A stretch of DNA of 61,987 nt, the filler included, from Choristocarpus tenellus KU-1152 (lineage: Eukaryota > Protista > Phaeophyceae), in assembly GCA_964200185.2 (NCBI GenBank). It is 9 parts of 9 records of this genome, joined end to end, with 100 filler letters (N's around TTAATTAATTAA, not from the genome) between each part and the next. Parts side by side here need not be neighbours in the genome. Positions count along the whole stretch, not along the records: positions 1 to 4,211 come from CAXNAD020015670.1; positions 4,312 to 8,285 come from CAXNAD020016841.1; positions 8,386 to 30,729 come from CAXNAD020000287.1; 6 more parts are not named here. One strand, given 5' to 3'. Positions 1 through 30,829 of the stretch are shown one piece after another. The notes under the pieces are model-generated. The model was not told the origin of the DNA. It did not search any database and saw nothing but the letters and a program-made list of their open reading frames with translations. Positions within the stretch are counted from its first letter, which is position 1; every line of letters starts with the position of its first letter. Both the position numbers and the translations under genes were made by a program.

Positions 1-71
1 TGCACTTTCCGCGCACCATTCCGGGTCTCGCTCATCCTCCATAAAAAGCTCCATCCTCAATTTTGGTGATC

Positions 72-247
72 GGCTGTTATCTAGGGGGGGGATGGGGTCT
101 ACGCCAGGGTGTCCATTTGGGCCAAAAGCAGGAAAAGTGCATCTACATTATCCATCCGTCGTATGCAACCAAATCACCAAAAAATCGAGACATGGAAAAA
201 TTGACCCGAAATGGACAGCCGCCACCCCGCCTCAGATACTTTGAGCC
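72..247 (+). mobile_element. MITE family B copy (~180 bp)
   Basis: Colinear with 41451-41635 (GTCCATT...AAGTGCA...TATCCATC...ATGCAACCAAATCAC...TGGAAAAAT...ATGGA). Right end CAGATACTTTGAGCC. Confidence 0.7.
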
Positions 248-667
248 TAGTGAAGGGGGTTCACACTGGTTGGTCATCAGAGGTGGGCTGTGACTGGAAA
301 TCAGTGGCTAAGAGGTCGCATTGGTTGGTCACAAGTGGTGGTACAATGGAGAGGAGGGGGATGGGTGGACTGCAGACATAGAATAAAAATAAGAATAATC
401 CATAATTCGTGAGAAAAGCAAATTGTGTTTTACTAGAGATAACAGATACAACATTTTTTTATTAGTGATACAAATAATAAATTGAACATTCCAATAAATA
501 ATATTATTGGGATAACATCACATACTCCCTCTGTTCCATATAGGTTTGTGTTAAGTTGTAGCTCTTCGAGATGGTGTCCGATTACAAAACGGATTTTTGT
601 GTTGGATCCCTTAGAATTTTCTATATTAAACAAGGACATATTATATATATGTATGTTGTTGTAGGGG

Positions 668-910
668 ACTCAGTCTACCGCAACCACTCTAGCCAACCCG
701 CCCTCCCGCTGCCTTCATTCCTCCCCCTTGTGCTCTACCTTGATATCGATTCCCCCCAGCACTCTGAACACCTGATTGTACCTCTTAAACAGACTCTGCC
801 ATACCCTCTCATGCGTATCTGCGTCGTACGCGTTGGTGCTGGAACACTCTGGCCAAACCCTGCTCTACAGGGATGCGAAAAAACCCAACTCGTTGATGTT
901 GAGATCCTGT
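668..910 (-). mobile_element. Tc1/mariner-type transposase C-terminal remnant
   Basis: Minus frame reads QDLNINELGFFASL*SRVW...YDADTHERVWQSLFKRYNQVFRVLGGIDIKVEHKG, matching the SPDLN-x-x-D-LGFF region and C-terminal helix of mariner-like DDD transposases, with an internal stop. Confidence 0.75.
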
Positions 911-3900
911 TCCCTTGCTGTTGGTGCGGAGGGCTTTTGGAGAGGTATGCACTCGAGTACATACCGACGGGGTTGCGAGAGTCGTTGACACCCCCACGCT
1001 CCACCAGGACCAATAAAATATGAGTTAAATATTCCTCATTCTGTGTTCCATTATTTCGGAACTATTTAAAAACGGAGTTCTGTGAGAGTCATCTTCCACA
1101 GAAGGTATACCCTGAAGGTAACTAACCTATCTTGAACATTATGATATTCATATGACATTTGTTCTTGCATGTTGAAGATTACATCTGCTTGAAGTAAGAT
1201 CGGGTGGTTTGAGGGGACCTTACAAACCCCCCTCGTTCAGGTACCACCTGGACACTCTTTTCCTGAGTGATCTTCTGAGGGATTGCTCTCCCTTTTGATT
1301 TTTCTCTCTTTGATCTTGCCTCCTGTGGATCTTCCCGCTCCCCTTCATCACGAACAACCTGTCGGGTTGTTTCCATCTGTTCTTTGGAGAATTCTTTGAT
1401 TTTTGTTGTTAATGAAAAATATTCCAAGGAATCCACAGTAAAAATCCGTTTTGTAATTGGAAGTCATCTCACAGAGCTACAACTGAACTGCACAAACGTA
1501 TGGGACAGAGAGAGTACTATGTAAGTATTTTATGTTGTTGATAGCATTTATGAAGCAGGTAAATGATAAATATTTGATCACTCAATTTGGTGTAACTACA
1601 ACCTGTCTGTGTCACATTTTCAGGTGGGTGGTAGGATTAGCATTACTTACTTGCTGAAGTACATAAATGCCCAGTAATCCTTTGTTTCATTTTCGGATTC
1701 TGTCTCTGTACAATCTCTCTGATCATGTTCCTAGGATTAGCCACATTTGAACAACTGATATGCGGTATTATTTACCAAATTCGTTTTTGTAAGACATGAC
1801 AAATTTTTGTAACGAAACGGGCATACAGTATGATGTGGTGATAGAAGAACGACTTACACCTATACATAAAAAATGTCATTTTGAAACGAATTTTATGTAG
1901 GCAGTCTGTCAGAGTTTAAATCTATGTTGTCTGAAAATGAGGAAGGATTGAGGATATGATAATTTGCAGCGTACGTGTGTAGCGTATTATTTGTGGGAAG
2001 GAAGCATTGTGTTGTTTGTCCAGAGAAGCAGAGTACTTACTATAATAGGCGAAAACGGGTACAGAGATGGGACCAAAGAGCTATGGGAAACGGGTGAACA
2101 ACGTGGAGAGTAGACAAGTGATGTTGTACCTGTCAATATGGGAGCGAGAACGAGTTTAGGGTATATGGGAAGGGCCTGGTGACTAGTAACGGAACCATAA
2201 TCCAACATATTTCTCCCTATACCCGTTTATGGCCCACAACAGTACAGGTATACCTGTTCTTGTCTATTGACTTGAATTGAAGAGCGGAATGAGGGAGAAC
2301 GCCTGCCAGCTCCTTCATGTGTATCCAGTTCTGATCAACCTCACATCAAGTCTGTGGGTGACCCCTGACACAGGGGATATTCTTTCCCCCATCGTAGAGA
2401 TGACGCGCTCCAAATATATTTTTGTCCTGGTGGGATGTTGTGCGGGGCTTGGGTTGGTAAAAAGCTTTGTGACCTCCTCCATTGGAGCAACGTTGGACAT
2501 TGCTGGGCGGACTCGCTCGAATCATGTGATCTGCATGTCGACAAAGGGCAGGCCAGGAAAGAGACGTCCAGGGGGGGAAGACAAGAGAAAAGAAAAGACT
2601 ATATCATCACGAAAGTGAGAAGATATGGTCTAGAAGCTGTGTTTGTGCAGATTATGCACCAATTGTCTCACAGCAAGCATACAGATTAGGAGCCCACTTG
2701 TAGCCACAGGACGCTGTTGTCAGCTCTGTTTGCAATTTCTCCTTTGTTTGTCCAATGCCCCCGCCAGGCTTATTTGGTAATTTCCTCTATTAGCAAGGCA
2801 TATTACGGTTATATAGTTTTCACCGTATGTGAAGTGCACTGTGACTATGACCGTCGCATCCATAGGTACGGGTTAGCTGTTTATTGTGGTTGCCCCCTCA
2901 AGTGACAACTAGCCTCGCATTTGCACTCATTGTGAAGGATATTGAGGATAAGCTTAATGGACAGGGGAGAAGTGCTTCGTTTTTATGATGTTCCCTACTA
3001 TCAGAAGGATACTGAAATCCAGAAGGTGGACAGAGATACAGTTTATGTAATGGTTGGGGGTGCTCAGAGTCGCCCAAACAAATGTTAAACTCGTTCGACT
3101 GCCCAAGAACGTCGTGGCAACGGTATAGAGTGAATTATACGTTTAAAGAAAAAGACCGGGAGAGTTATCCCTATACGCTGGTCAATGTCCTAGAATTTTT
3201 CGACATGATGATGCTTTGGCCAAGGGTAGAGGAGGAAGATATCTCACCACTAGTAGAGCTCGCGGGGCATTGAGGAGCTGCAAAGTGTGCAATGAGTACC
3301 GTTCTTGAACCTTCGTAATGTTGTCAAAGAATAAAAAAATAGAAGCGTTTGTGGCAGATACGCCCAAAGTTGTTTTGTCCACAAGACTTCCCTCAACACC
3401 ATTTCTAACTGGTTCAAAGTTTGACTTCAGTACTAGTGCAGCTAATTCACATTGCTAAGCTGAGACTGCCCGAATTCTGTGTTGATATTTTCGTTTTGAC
3501 CTATTTTTGTTAGATCTTTTCAACATCAAGTTCCATTTCATGCAGGTGTTTGCAGTGTTTGTGTGTGCATAGAGTAAGGTATGGTTTGTACTTCCTCTAT
3601 GGAGGATCAGTCTAAACAGTTTACAGGGCAGGCTATAAATGCAAAAAGGTGGTAGCATATTTTCGTTATATTCTATGGGCATCTTGCAGTAACCCATTGT
3701 GAGGTTGCCCTACTAAATATTAACGAAATCCGACCTTTTGTATCTATCCTATGCCACCCACTGCAAACCTGCAAGAAATATCTTCCCAAATTGCTTTTTT
3801 ATATTTCATCCGCACAAACTGTTTGAAGGGATGAGGTCGAATGGAGGAAAAAATATGAAGGTATTATTAGTAGTAGTAGTAGTAGTAGTAGTAGTAGCAT

Positions 3901-4211
3901 TACTGTTTTTCTGCCAGATTTTAGTACCCCAAATGAAAAAAAGAACAAAAACGATTAAGGTTACAGGGTAGTTAACTTGTGGGCGGATTGTTTCAAATGC
4001 TCCAATTGGAGATATAGGCTCCTTTGAGTTCAGGCTGCGAAGTGAGGCAGTGTCCAGTAAGGATTGTTGGACAGAAACCCTTCACTGGTGTAGAACATCC
4101 GAAACATCGGACGCAGTACAAGAGTCCCTTACCCTTCCTCTTCCCCCACCCCACCCCCACCCCACCCCAACCCACCCCACCCCACCCCACCCAGAGACCA
4201 ACTCTTTCTCA

Positions 4212-4311
4212 NNNNNNNNNNNNNNNNNNNNNNNNNNNNNNNNNNNNNNNNNNNNTTAATTAATTAANNNNNNNNNNNNNNNNNNNNNNNNNNNNNNNNN
4301 NNNNNNNNNNN
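4212..4311. other. Artificial contig-joining spacer (first of eight)
   Basis: 100 bp of N + TTAATTAATTAA (stops in all six frames) + N. Identical spacers at 8286-8385, 30730-30829, 34136-34235, 47515-47614, 50210-50309, 55051-55150 and 58730-58829. Confidence 0.97.
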
Positions 4312-6090
4312 CATCCTCAATTTTTAAAATCCACTGTTAGTAGCTTCAACAGATAAGGAATTTTCTGTCGTAACAAAGTGAGAAAGTCCAAAGCCAGAGC
4401 GTTATTGACATACATCCTCGCTCAGGTAACAGAGGCACCACCAAAAAGTATTTTTTCTATAAATAATTGGATAAAACAACCCTACACACTAACACTGACC
4501 TTAGAACAACACAATCAACATACTAGTAGACTACATATGAGCCACTCGGTACAAATCCATACCTAAATATGTTCAAACGGTTTCAGCTCTAAAGTGGTAC
4601 AAAGCATCAATGACAAGCACAAATACTCCAGCCCACAGATGCGGTCCAAGGATTACCCTCTAAAGAGATATTGGGCAATAGTACTACCTAGAGACAAACA
4701 CCAAAATACACACAATGGACCGTCCAAGGAAAGTCTCCAAGTCATACTGATAGGCATCGACAACACCTGATTGAGCTTTCCACTTCTATCTGCTGCATCA
4801 AGCATCAATGTAGTTCATCCACCGGACACAACACATACACAACACTCTTTTCACGTACTGACCATTCAAAACACACATTCTCTTGCTCTCTTGCTCCTCA
4901 CCCCCACCATTCCCCAATCAGACGAAGAAAACCTCTAAGTACCCCTCGCCACTATCAGGCGCAAGGGGCCAAGTAATGGACAACTGTCAAGTGGTCATCA
5001 AGCACATTACCGACAATAATACAAAAGTAATTCTACCTGCAGCACACAAAATACAAGAACATCGACTTCTCATTACCAATCGCCCTGTACACAGACATAC
5101 AAGTCCCTGATCATGGGAGCTGAAGCTCTACCATGCCTATCGGAGGAGACCGACATATCCCAGACACCCTTATCGATTCATGTGTCCTATGTATTCTCAT
5201 ATCACGTACATACTACAGAGTAGAATACTTGACAACACCAAGAATGTGTCACACATGTATCACCAGACTAGAGAACGCCCCCCGCTGCACCCCTCTAGAA
5301 ACTCAAGGCAGGGCAAGCCTAATCGCAATGGGTTGATTGCTCTTCACACGCTTTACTATACAAAACTTCGCACAGCCAAGGAGGCTCCATGCGCTTAACA
5401 TCACCAACCTCGCCAACATATACCAACATATGCTGGCCTCACACACACAATACCCAAACAATGCGTGAGTCAGGTTCTTAGGGGTTGATCAAGTGCCGAC
5501 CTTTCTCCAAATCAGATTTCTGAACTGTCAGTACTAGTAAGAAGAAAAGCGCACCTCCTAGGACATTTCTAAGTCCGTACCACAAACAGCATTCAACCAT
5601 TCAAGAAAACGTCCAAGAAAAACGCTGCGCCAATCCCATCCATACTAACCGTGTACATGGGTGAGGGACATGTGTGACAGAACAGGTTGCAGACTTTGAC
5701 ACAGAAGGGAATGGCAATAGAGGTACGTTATGACCATCAATCCAGACTCTGATGCTCGCTCACAGGTCCCAAGACACGAATCCCGCCCTCAGACGAGGTA
5801 ATGCTGCCTGCTCAGGAGATCAGAATTCTCCTCCCAGTTCGAACGCGATAGTCAGGAGCCCCTGTTCTGTCCTTCGGCAGTGCAGAGCATCTCTACACCC
5901 CATTGGGGTTGCCGCAAACGCACAGTGAAGGAATGGGAGGGTCAATACGTTTGGGTTCGGGAGGGGAAGGATGGGATCAAACGGCAAGGATTCAAAGAGC
6001 ATTTAGGTATGTCAACCATGACGTCGCATATAGTAGAGGAGAATAATGGCATTAGGTTGGATTTCCTCACAATACACTGGTGTTTTTAGC
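4312..6090 (+). mobile_element. Probable degenerate LINE (RNase H-like region)
   Basis: A/C-rich coding-like strand with many stops. ACATGGGTGAGGGACAT (~5655) is one G short of encoding TWVRGH and is followed by EGN, an RNase H-like motif pair. Weak evidence. Confidence 0.35.
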
Positions 6091-6740
6091 AAAGTAGTTA
6101 CTGGTAGTTTTCTTTTATGATCAATTACAATGTATATTAGATCTTTTGCATCAAAATCGATATCAAGCTAAGATCCTTTGTATGGGATAATTATTCCAGA
6201 ATATAAAACATTATTCCTGGACTGAAGCATAACTCGTGTACTATTTTGGAACCAATGACAAAAATACATGCCAAACTATCATGCAAAGGATATGTGCCTC
6301 AATCTGTACCTCTGTTCTTGGTGGGTCTTCTCTCAAATTAGAAATGGCATGTGGGACTGGTCCCCAACATGACAGAATCTGCAAATTAGCAGTGGGCACA
6401 GTAAAACAATACAGCATATATTGCTAGACACAAAGCGGTGAATATTAGTAACTGTGGTCAACGCACTCCAATCCCATTCTAACTGCAGTTCAACACATTT
6501 TGATAAACACGTCATGGAGGGGATGGTTGCGCCAAAAATGTGCTTCGCGCTTATCTGGCAGAACCCTTGCCTGTGAAGCCGTCATTCCTAGTCAAGAATT
6601 CCGTCTTAGACACTTTGAAGGCCAAAGGTACACACACAGATCCCATAGTTACACATGTACTTATCTTGGTAATAAAATTTTGGGCGGGCAGTCATCGTCT
6701 CTCCTTGACATAGTTCGCCCCTTCTACCCAGGCACAGCTT

Positions 6741-8150
6741 TATTGCAGGCGAATAGCGTGAGCATTTCTTTCTGCGTGCCAATATGTGCGAACAGTATAC
6801 ATACGTAAGAATTCATATAAGAGGAACTTTGAAATGGTGGGAGATGCAGAGTAAGATTCGAAATGCATACATAATCTTACAGAATAGATGTCAATTCCTG
6901 AAAGTTGCCGAATAAAGATTTATGATTGGAGTATTTACACAGCAGTTTGCAGACTTCATTTAACTCAATGGCTGTAGAAAATGGTGAATGATGTTAATAA
7001 AAGTCTGAGTGTTGACCACACGCCTCAGTTCTTTTTATTCTTACCCTCTTTTGATAAAGCGAAAAGCGAGACATCGACTGAGCTAAGCATCAACTGACAC
7101 CATACGTGGTCATCATCTGTGGACCCCCACGTAACGTCGTTTTAGGGATGTTGGATTTGAGTTGCATATCCTGTGGAGGTGAGTTCGGGGGCGTGCTGTA
7201 ACAGCTTATCCCTCCTCGGGCACCCCTCTCCCTGTGCCTTCCGTCCTGATGCTGGTGGAATACAATGACTTTCTGCCTGGTGGAGCTTCTCCACCCCCCC
7301 CCTATAGACAGTTCAACCACAGGAACTAATCTATGATAGCATGTAAGGACTCCACCCCACGTTGGGGCTTATAACTCTGTTATTTGTTAAAGGAGTGAGC
7401 ATAGATCCAGTCAAGGATCACATATGCTCCAAACGTCAAATAATGCAAACGCCTCAGCTATGTTAGGAAAACCCTCCATGCTGTGTCTACAACACCCCCA
7501 GAGCCAAGCATGCTTCCAATAGTAGCAAAACTGCCAGCTCGACAAAGAACAGCATACAATATTCAACTCAAATGTCAATCTTGTATTGCCGCCTAATTGC
7601 ATTGCGCACTCGAGCATGCAACTTCAGTTTCTTGAACTGTTTACATAGAAAGACAGGGGCATCCTCTAAAATGTAAGAGAGTGGCTCCCATGTTCACTCA
7701 TTCTCACTAAATCCCAGCCAATCCGCCAAAACCTGGTATTCATATCCTTCTACCCTGCGCACTGCCAGAAGATCAGACATTTCAAATTCCCCCTGGTTCT
7801 GCATGTAGTGGAATGTTGGCTTCATCTCTGTGGTTATGTTCACCTCCTTGTCTGCATAGAACCACAACCTCTTAAGCCACTGCACAATTGCTGCTCTGCA
7901 ATGATGCCCAGCTTTGCCCATGTGTGCACACACCATCAGGCATGTCCGTGATCCTTTGCATTATCAAGTATCCACAGTGGGGCTGTAACCTTAGCACCCA
8001 CCTGCATCATGCCATCCTGGTCATCATGTGCACGGCCAGCAGAGGTCATAAATCCTTCGCTTTCATGCACCGTCACACCCCCTAGGGCTTTGCTGGCCAT
8101 GAGTTGTCCTCTTCCTGCACCTCCGTAGGTACGGCTACGGCTCACACTGC
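6741..8150 (-). mobile_element. Ty3/Gypsy chromovirus-like remnant: integrase fragments, chromodomain, PPT and 3' LTR
   Basis: Minus strand: PLWILDNAK...MVCAHMGKAGH (start of the integrase zinc-binding region), RLWFYAD, then chromodomain FEMSDLLAVRRVEGYEYQVLADWLGFSENE*TWEPL. Purine tract GAGGAGGGATAAGC lies directly before the LTR start TGTTACAG (7203). The LTR spans about 7203 to 6741. Confidence 0.8.
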
Positions 8151-8181
8151 CACCTTATTCACCGTAGCCCAGTGTAGCTGT

Positions 8182-8285
8182 GAGTCAAAGTATCTTAGAG
8201 GGTAGATCCGCGTCCATTTGGGGGCCACAATCCAAAGTTGCGATTTTGATGTAGTTTTGGCTATCGGGTTTGTTAGGAAGTATCG
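8182..8285 (-). mobile_element. MITE family A partial copy (clipped by spacer)
   Basis: GAGTCAAAGTATCTTAGAGGGTAGATCCGCGTCCATTTGGG..., running into the contig end. Confidence 0.85.
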
Positions 8286-8549
8286 NNNNNNNNNNNNNNN
8301 NNNNNNNNNNNNNNNNNNNNNNNNNNNNNTTAATTAATTAANNNNNNNNNNNNNNNNNNNNNNNNNNNNNNNNNNNNNNNNNNNNCACAATAATATAAGT
8401 ACAGTAGATATGCCGGGGGGGGGGGTAACCAAGACCAAAACTATATATGGCAAGGACTACGACGACTGTAGACGCAGGATTTGCCATCAACAGTAAGATA
8501 CCTAAAATATGAACTATTTGAAACTACTTCGAACTAACGATACATTACT

Positions 8550-8905
8550 TTCTCGAGATAGGCGTCATTCGTTGAAGTTAGAGACACCAGGCAGGTGGGC
8601 AAGAAGGGACCTGCGAGAATCTTGAGATACCTATCTAGTTCCTACCACCATCAAGGCCTAAGCTAGGTTAGAAGCATAACAGTGTATGCAATGATGAACT
8701 TACAGATGTTCTTGAATAATTGATATACACACTGGCATGCTTCTGACCTAACCTAACCTAACCTACAAACGTGATGGAAGACGTACGGAGGCATCCCAAG
8801 AATCTGTTAGGCTCCTCCTTGCCCACCTGTCCGATGTCTCTAGGTTGAAACGCATGACAAGTCTTGAGAGAGAGCCATTTATATAGTAACGGACACTATC
8901 TGTCT
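8550..8905. mobile_element. Foldback/MITE-like element with ~100-bp imperfect inverted arms upstream of SMC5
   Basis: 8550-8655 pairs with 8772-8870 (AGAGACACCAGGCAGGTGGGCAAG / CTTGCCCACCTGTCCGATGTCTCT). A diverged copy of the right arm lies at ~53022-53135. Confidence 0.65.
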
Positions 8906-9172
8906 CTAACAATAACTGACAAATCTGCTTTACACAACCACCACCACCACCACCGCCGCCGCTCCCCCTGCCGCCCCCCGCCCCCCCACCATTGTAAATC
9001 CATCATTGATCTTTTGTTTTAGCAGTGTCGAGAAAAACCCATAAAATAGTAAATTATAGAAAATATTTAGAAAAAGTAAAGAATGTACCTGTTTGTGTTG
9101 GATATCATTTTGATTTTTTAAAATTGGTAGTTTGAGTTTTACTTGAGAGAAGGACCAGGGTGAGACGGAAAG

Positions 9173-27694
<18,522 letters not shown>

Positions 27695-28761
27695 CTGTAT
27701 ACCAGCATGTCAGGAAAGAGTTATCAAGTCACATCGCCCAAGATGTCAGCCATCCTTAGACAAAATGTTCATGGACAAATGTGTTCATACACTAATATAT
27801 ACACCCAGAAATTTGTATTTTGTAGACAGATAACCAGCTTGTGACAACCAGAAGCAAAGCAGGAATCCCTTGTTAATCATGGACAATGCAGTGTACATTC
27901 TTGCAAGCCTGGAATGGAAGGAATAGGAAGGAATCACATCACTCTGGAAAGTGATGAAAAAGGAGCAATGACCTAAATGTGGAAGTTGCTACTGGAACTA
28001 CAGCTGGGGTGTGTAGCAGCACTGCTGTACCCACAAAAGGCATGTATGTTCTTGAAGAAATGCCATGGTGGCCAAGTGATCTTGATCCTGTTTTCCAGTT
28101 TGCATTGTTGTTGCAATGTAGATGTTTGTTGCTGGGCTCTTGCCAATCTACAGTAGTATGTGATTAGTTTATGATTTGTGATGAATAACAGTAGTTTGAT
28201 CCTTTTTACATGGAGTTGATTGTGTGCAGGATAGGGGAGAGTATGTCGTTGTAGTTGTAGTTGATAGAGTTACGTGCATTAAGAGAGGCATGAATACATC
28301 CCTGGTGAACTAATACAATGTACAGAATACTACTGACCATAATTCAACAAGCTCGTACACCTCATGCCGTACTATACATTTCACCCCATACATTATTGAG
28401 TTGACATTTGCTTAGTCTGGTCTTGACTTGAGGGCAGTTGTGACTTCTTATTCTGAGCTTTGTAGTTAATCAAGTTGGTAGTCCTGATCCATCCAGAGTC
28501 AAAGTAAACAAGAGGCAGGCAGTTTGGTCTGTTTTGTATTATAAGCCACAATCTTTTGTAATTCACCTATATTTCTATGGACAAAGTGCTAAATTTTACC
28601 TGATAGGGTTGATTTCTCTATTGTTTGAGACTTTTTACTCAATTTGGAAGATATCCTACACGCATTTGAAATAAAAAAAGGTACATATTGGGTGTCATTT
28701 AAAAAATTCAACTCTGGTTACCTCTTGTTTACTTCTTGTTTACTTTAACTCACAATCCGAA

Positions 28762-28830
28762 CTATTCACATACTTTTCCTATTCACATACTTTTCCTATT
28801 CACATACTTTTCCTATTCACATACTTTTCC
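28762..28830. repeat. 17-bp tandem repeat, 4 copies
   Basis: CTATTCACATACTTTTC units. Confidence 0.9.
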
Positions 28831-30518
28831 GTACCAAGCATACTTTGCCGTACCAAGCATACGTTTCATGACTGACTGAGGTTGAACTGGAATATTGTTT
28901 GCATGGATAAATTTTACTCTTTTGGTGATGCCTTGTTTGGTATGTATGTAATTGCAAGGGGCTATATTATTGCCTCTCTTGTATTTTTCAACATTTTCCC
29001 TCCTCCCCTTTGATAAAGTCGTGACTATGTGACAAGTCTTCCAATGTCCCAGACAGGGACAATTTGCATGTGGGTGATATTTGTTTTTATATTATTTTGT
29101 AGCCCCTGAAAAACAGAGTATTGAATGATTTCTAAGAAGCTGGGTATGGATTTTAGGCATAGTGAAGTATTTGACAGTCTCCAGATCAAGTGCTGATAGG
29201 TTACCATATGATGACTACTCTCTGGAAGAGGCCCTCAGTTTCTTCGCAGTAACATTAAGCATTCCATGCATCTTAATAATGCACAGGATCCTTTCATCCA
29301 ATGTCTCGAAATATTGCATCAGACTCCTGCTTGCTGGCACACCTCATTGTGTTAAAGACTTGTGTTATGTTGTACTTGCGCTTGAATCTCATCAACTTAC
29401 CCACACTCAGCCTCTTGAAGACTTCCAAATATTCCACAACTGTTCATAGTACAGTACTAGAACTCTTCCACCCATCAATAAAAGCAACAATAGAAAGAGA
29501 TCATACACTATCCTAATTCAGGATAGTAAATTATCCCTTGAAGGATAGTAAATTATCCCTTGAATGAGAGGGGTGCAATTGATCGATTGGCAATCAAAGT
29601 GTGACTCACTGATAATGATATGTGTTGTGTGTAGATGCATATAAAATAAAAACAAAAATCTCTCCTCTGCTTTTTGCCTGGATCCATGTATGTGATGGTG
29701 GCATCTAACGTCAAAGGATAATATTAGGATACTATTTTGGGCGGGTTGGTAACTACTACTACTATTACCTGTCGCGGTTATGGCGTTTGGAGAGGCATTA
29801 TTGTCAAGCTTGTCAGAATATAAGAACATCAACTTCCACAAGGTAAAAATATAATTATTTCGGCGTATATTCTGCACACACACACATACAGAACTATGTA
29901 AATGTGCATGTTGAATCGTCCTTTCAATTTGATTGTGGTTGGCAAGAACTGTCAGTCACAGTCACTTCTTCGACACCAGAAAAAAAACAGAGCTTGGCGG
30001 GTTGCGACCATTGAACATCATATCTGGCTCATTTTCCATCTCGGGAATCCAGCAATGATTACCAATCAACTACACCTTGCATCCTCTGTCGTCTTGTGAA
30101 AGAAGTGGATTTACGGAATCGACACGTAACAAGGAGGTCACTACTTCTGGTTCGTCAAAAAATAAGGTGCTGAGCAGCACCACATGACATACGTACACTG
30201 TGTCTGTGTCATAATGTTGGAGTCGTAGAAGTTCGACATTCCTCTGCAATCGTGAGTAATTCCAGTGCAACTTGTCCCAGGCAATAAGTGCAATCTCGAA
30301 CATATGCCTTAAGTAAAGTTGCGGATGTGTGGGGAGTTTAGCTCAAGCAGGTGGGTGTTGGAAGTGTTGGTTTCACCTTGTGCGCTCTTCTCATCATTTT
30401 TGTGTGGAACGGGGTCAGGGACTTGATTTTACTTGCACGTGGTATGCAGGGGTGAGAAGGAGTTAGCTACATGCACACAAAACAGTTAACACAAGTAGCC
30501 ACTTGAAGTACTGTAGGA

Positions 30519-30729
30519 GAGCCAAAGTATCTTAGAGGGTAGAGCAGCGTCCATTTGGGCTCAAAATACAATGTTGCGCTTTTGATGTAATTTTGGCTGT
30601 CGTTTTGTTAGGGAGTGTTAGTATCCTTGTTCCGGACACCCCTTTTCATAACGTACACATTTTACCTACTCCTATACATTTTGGAGTGGGAAAATATCAT
30701 AAAAATGAACACAGGAAGCCCACCCCCAA
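30519..30729 (-). mobile_element. MITE family A partial copy (clipped by spacer)
   Basis: GAGCCAAAGTATCTTAGAGGGTAGAGCAGCGTCCATTTGGG..., colinear with the 19769 and 51777 copies. Confidence 0.85.
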
Positions 30730-30829
30730 NNNNNNNNNNNNNNNNNNNNNNNNNNNNNNNNNNNNNNNNNNNNTTAATTAATTAANNNNNNNNNNNNNNN
30801 NNNNNNNNNNNNNNNNNNNNNNNNNNNNN

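Noticed and set aside
1777-1895. Weak inverted repeat (AAATTCGTTT...ATGACA / TGTCAT...AAACGAATTT)
   Set aside because: Short, AT-rich and single-copy here, so insufficient to call an element.
30330-30390. GGGGAGTTTAGCTCAAG tRNA-like start
   Set aside because: No anticodon arm, T arm or B box follows.
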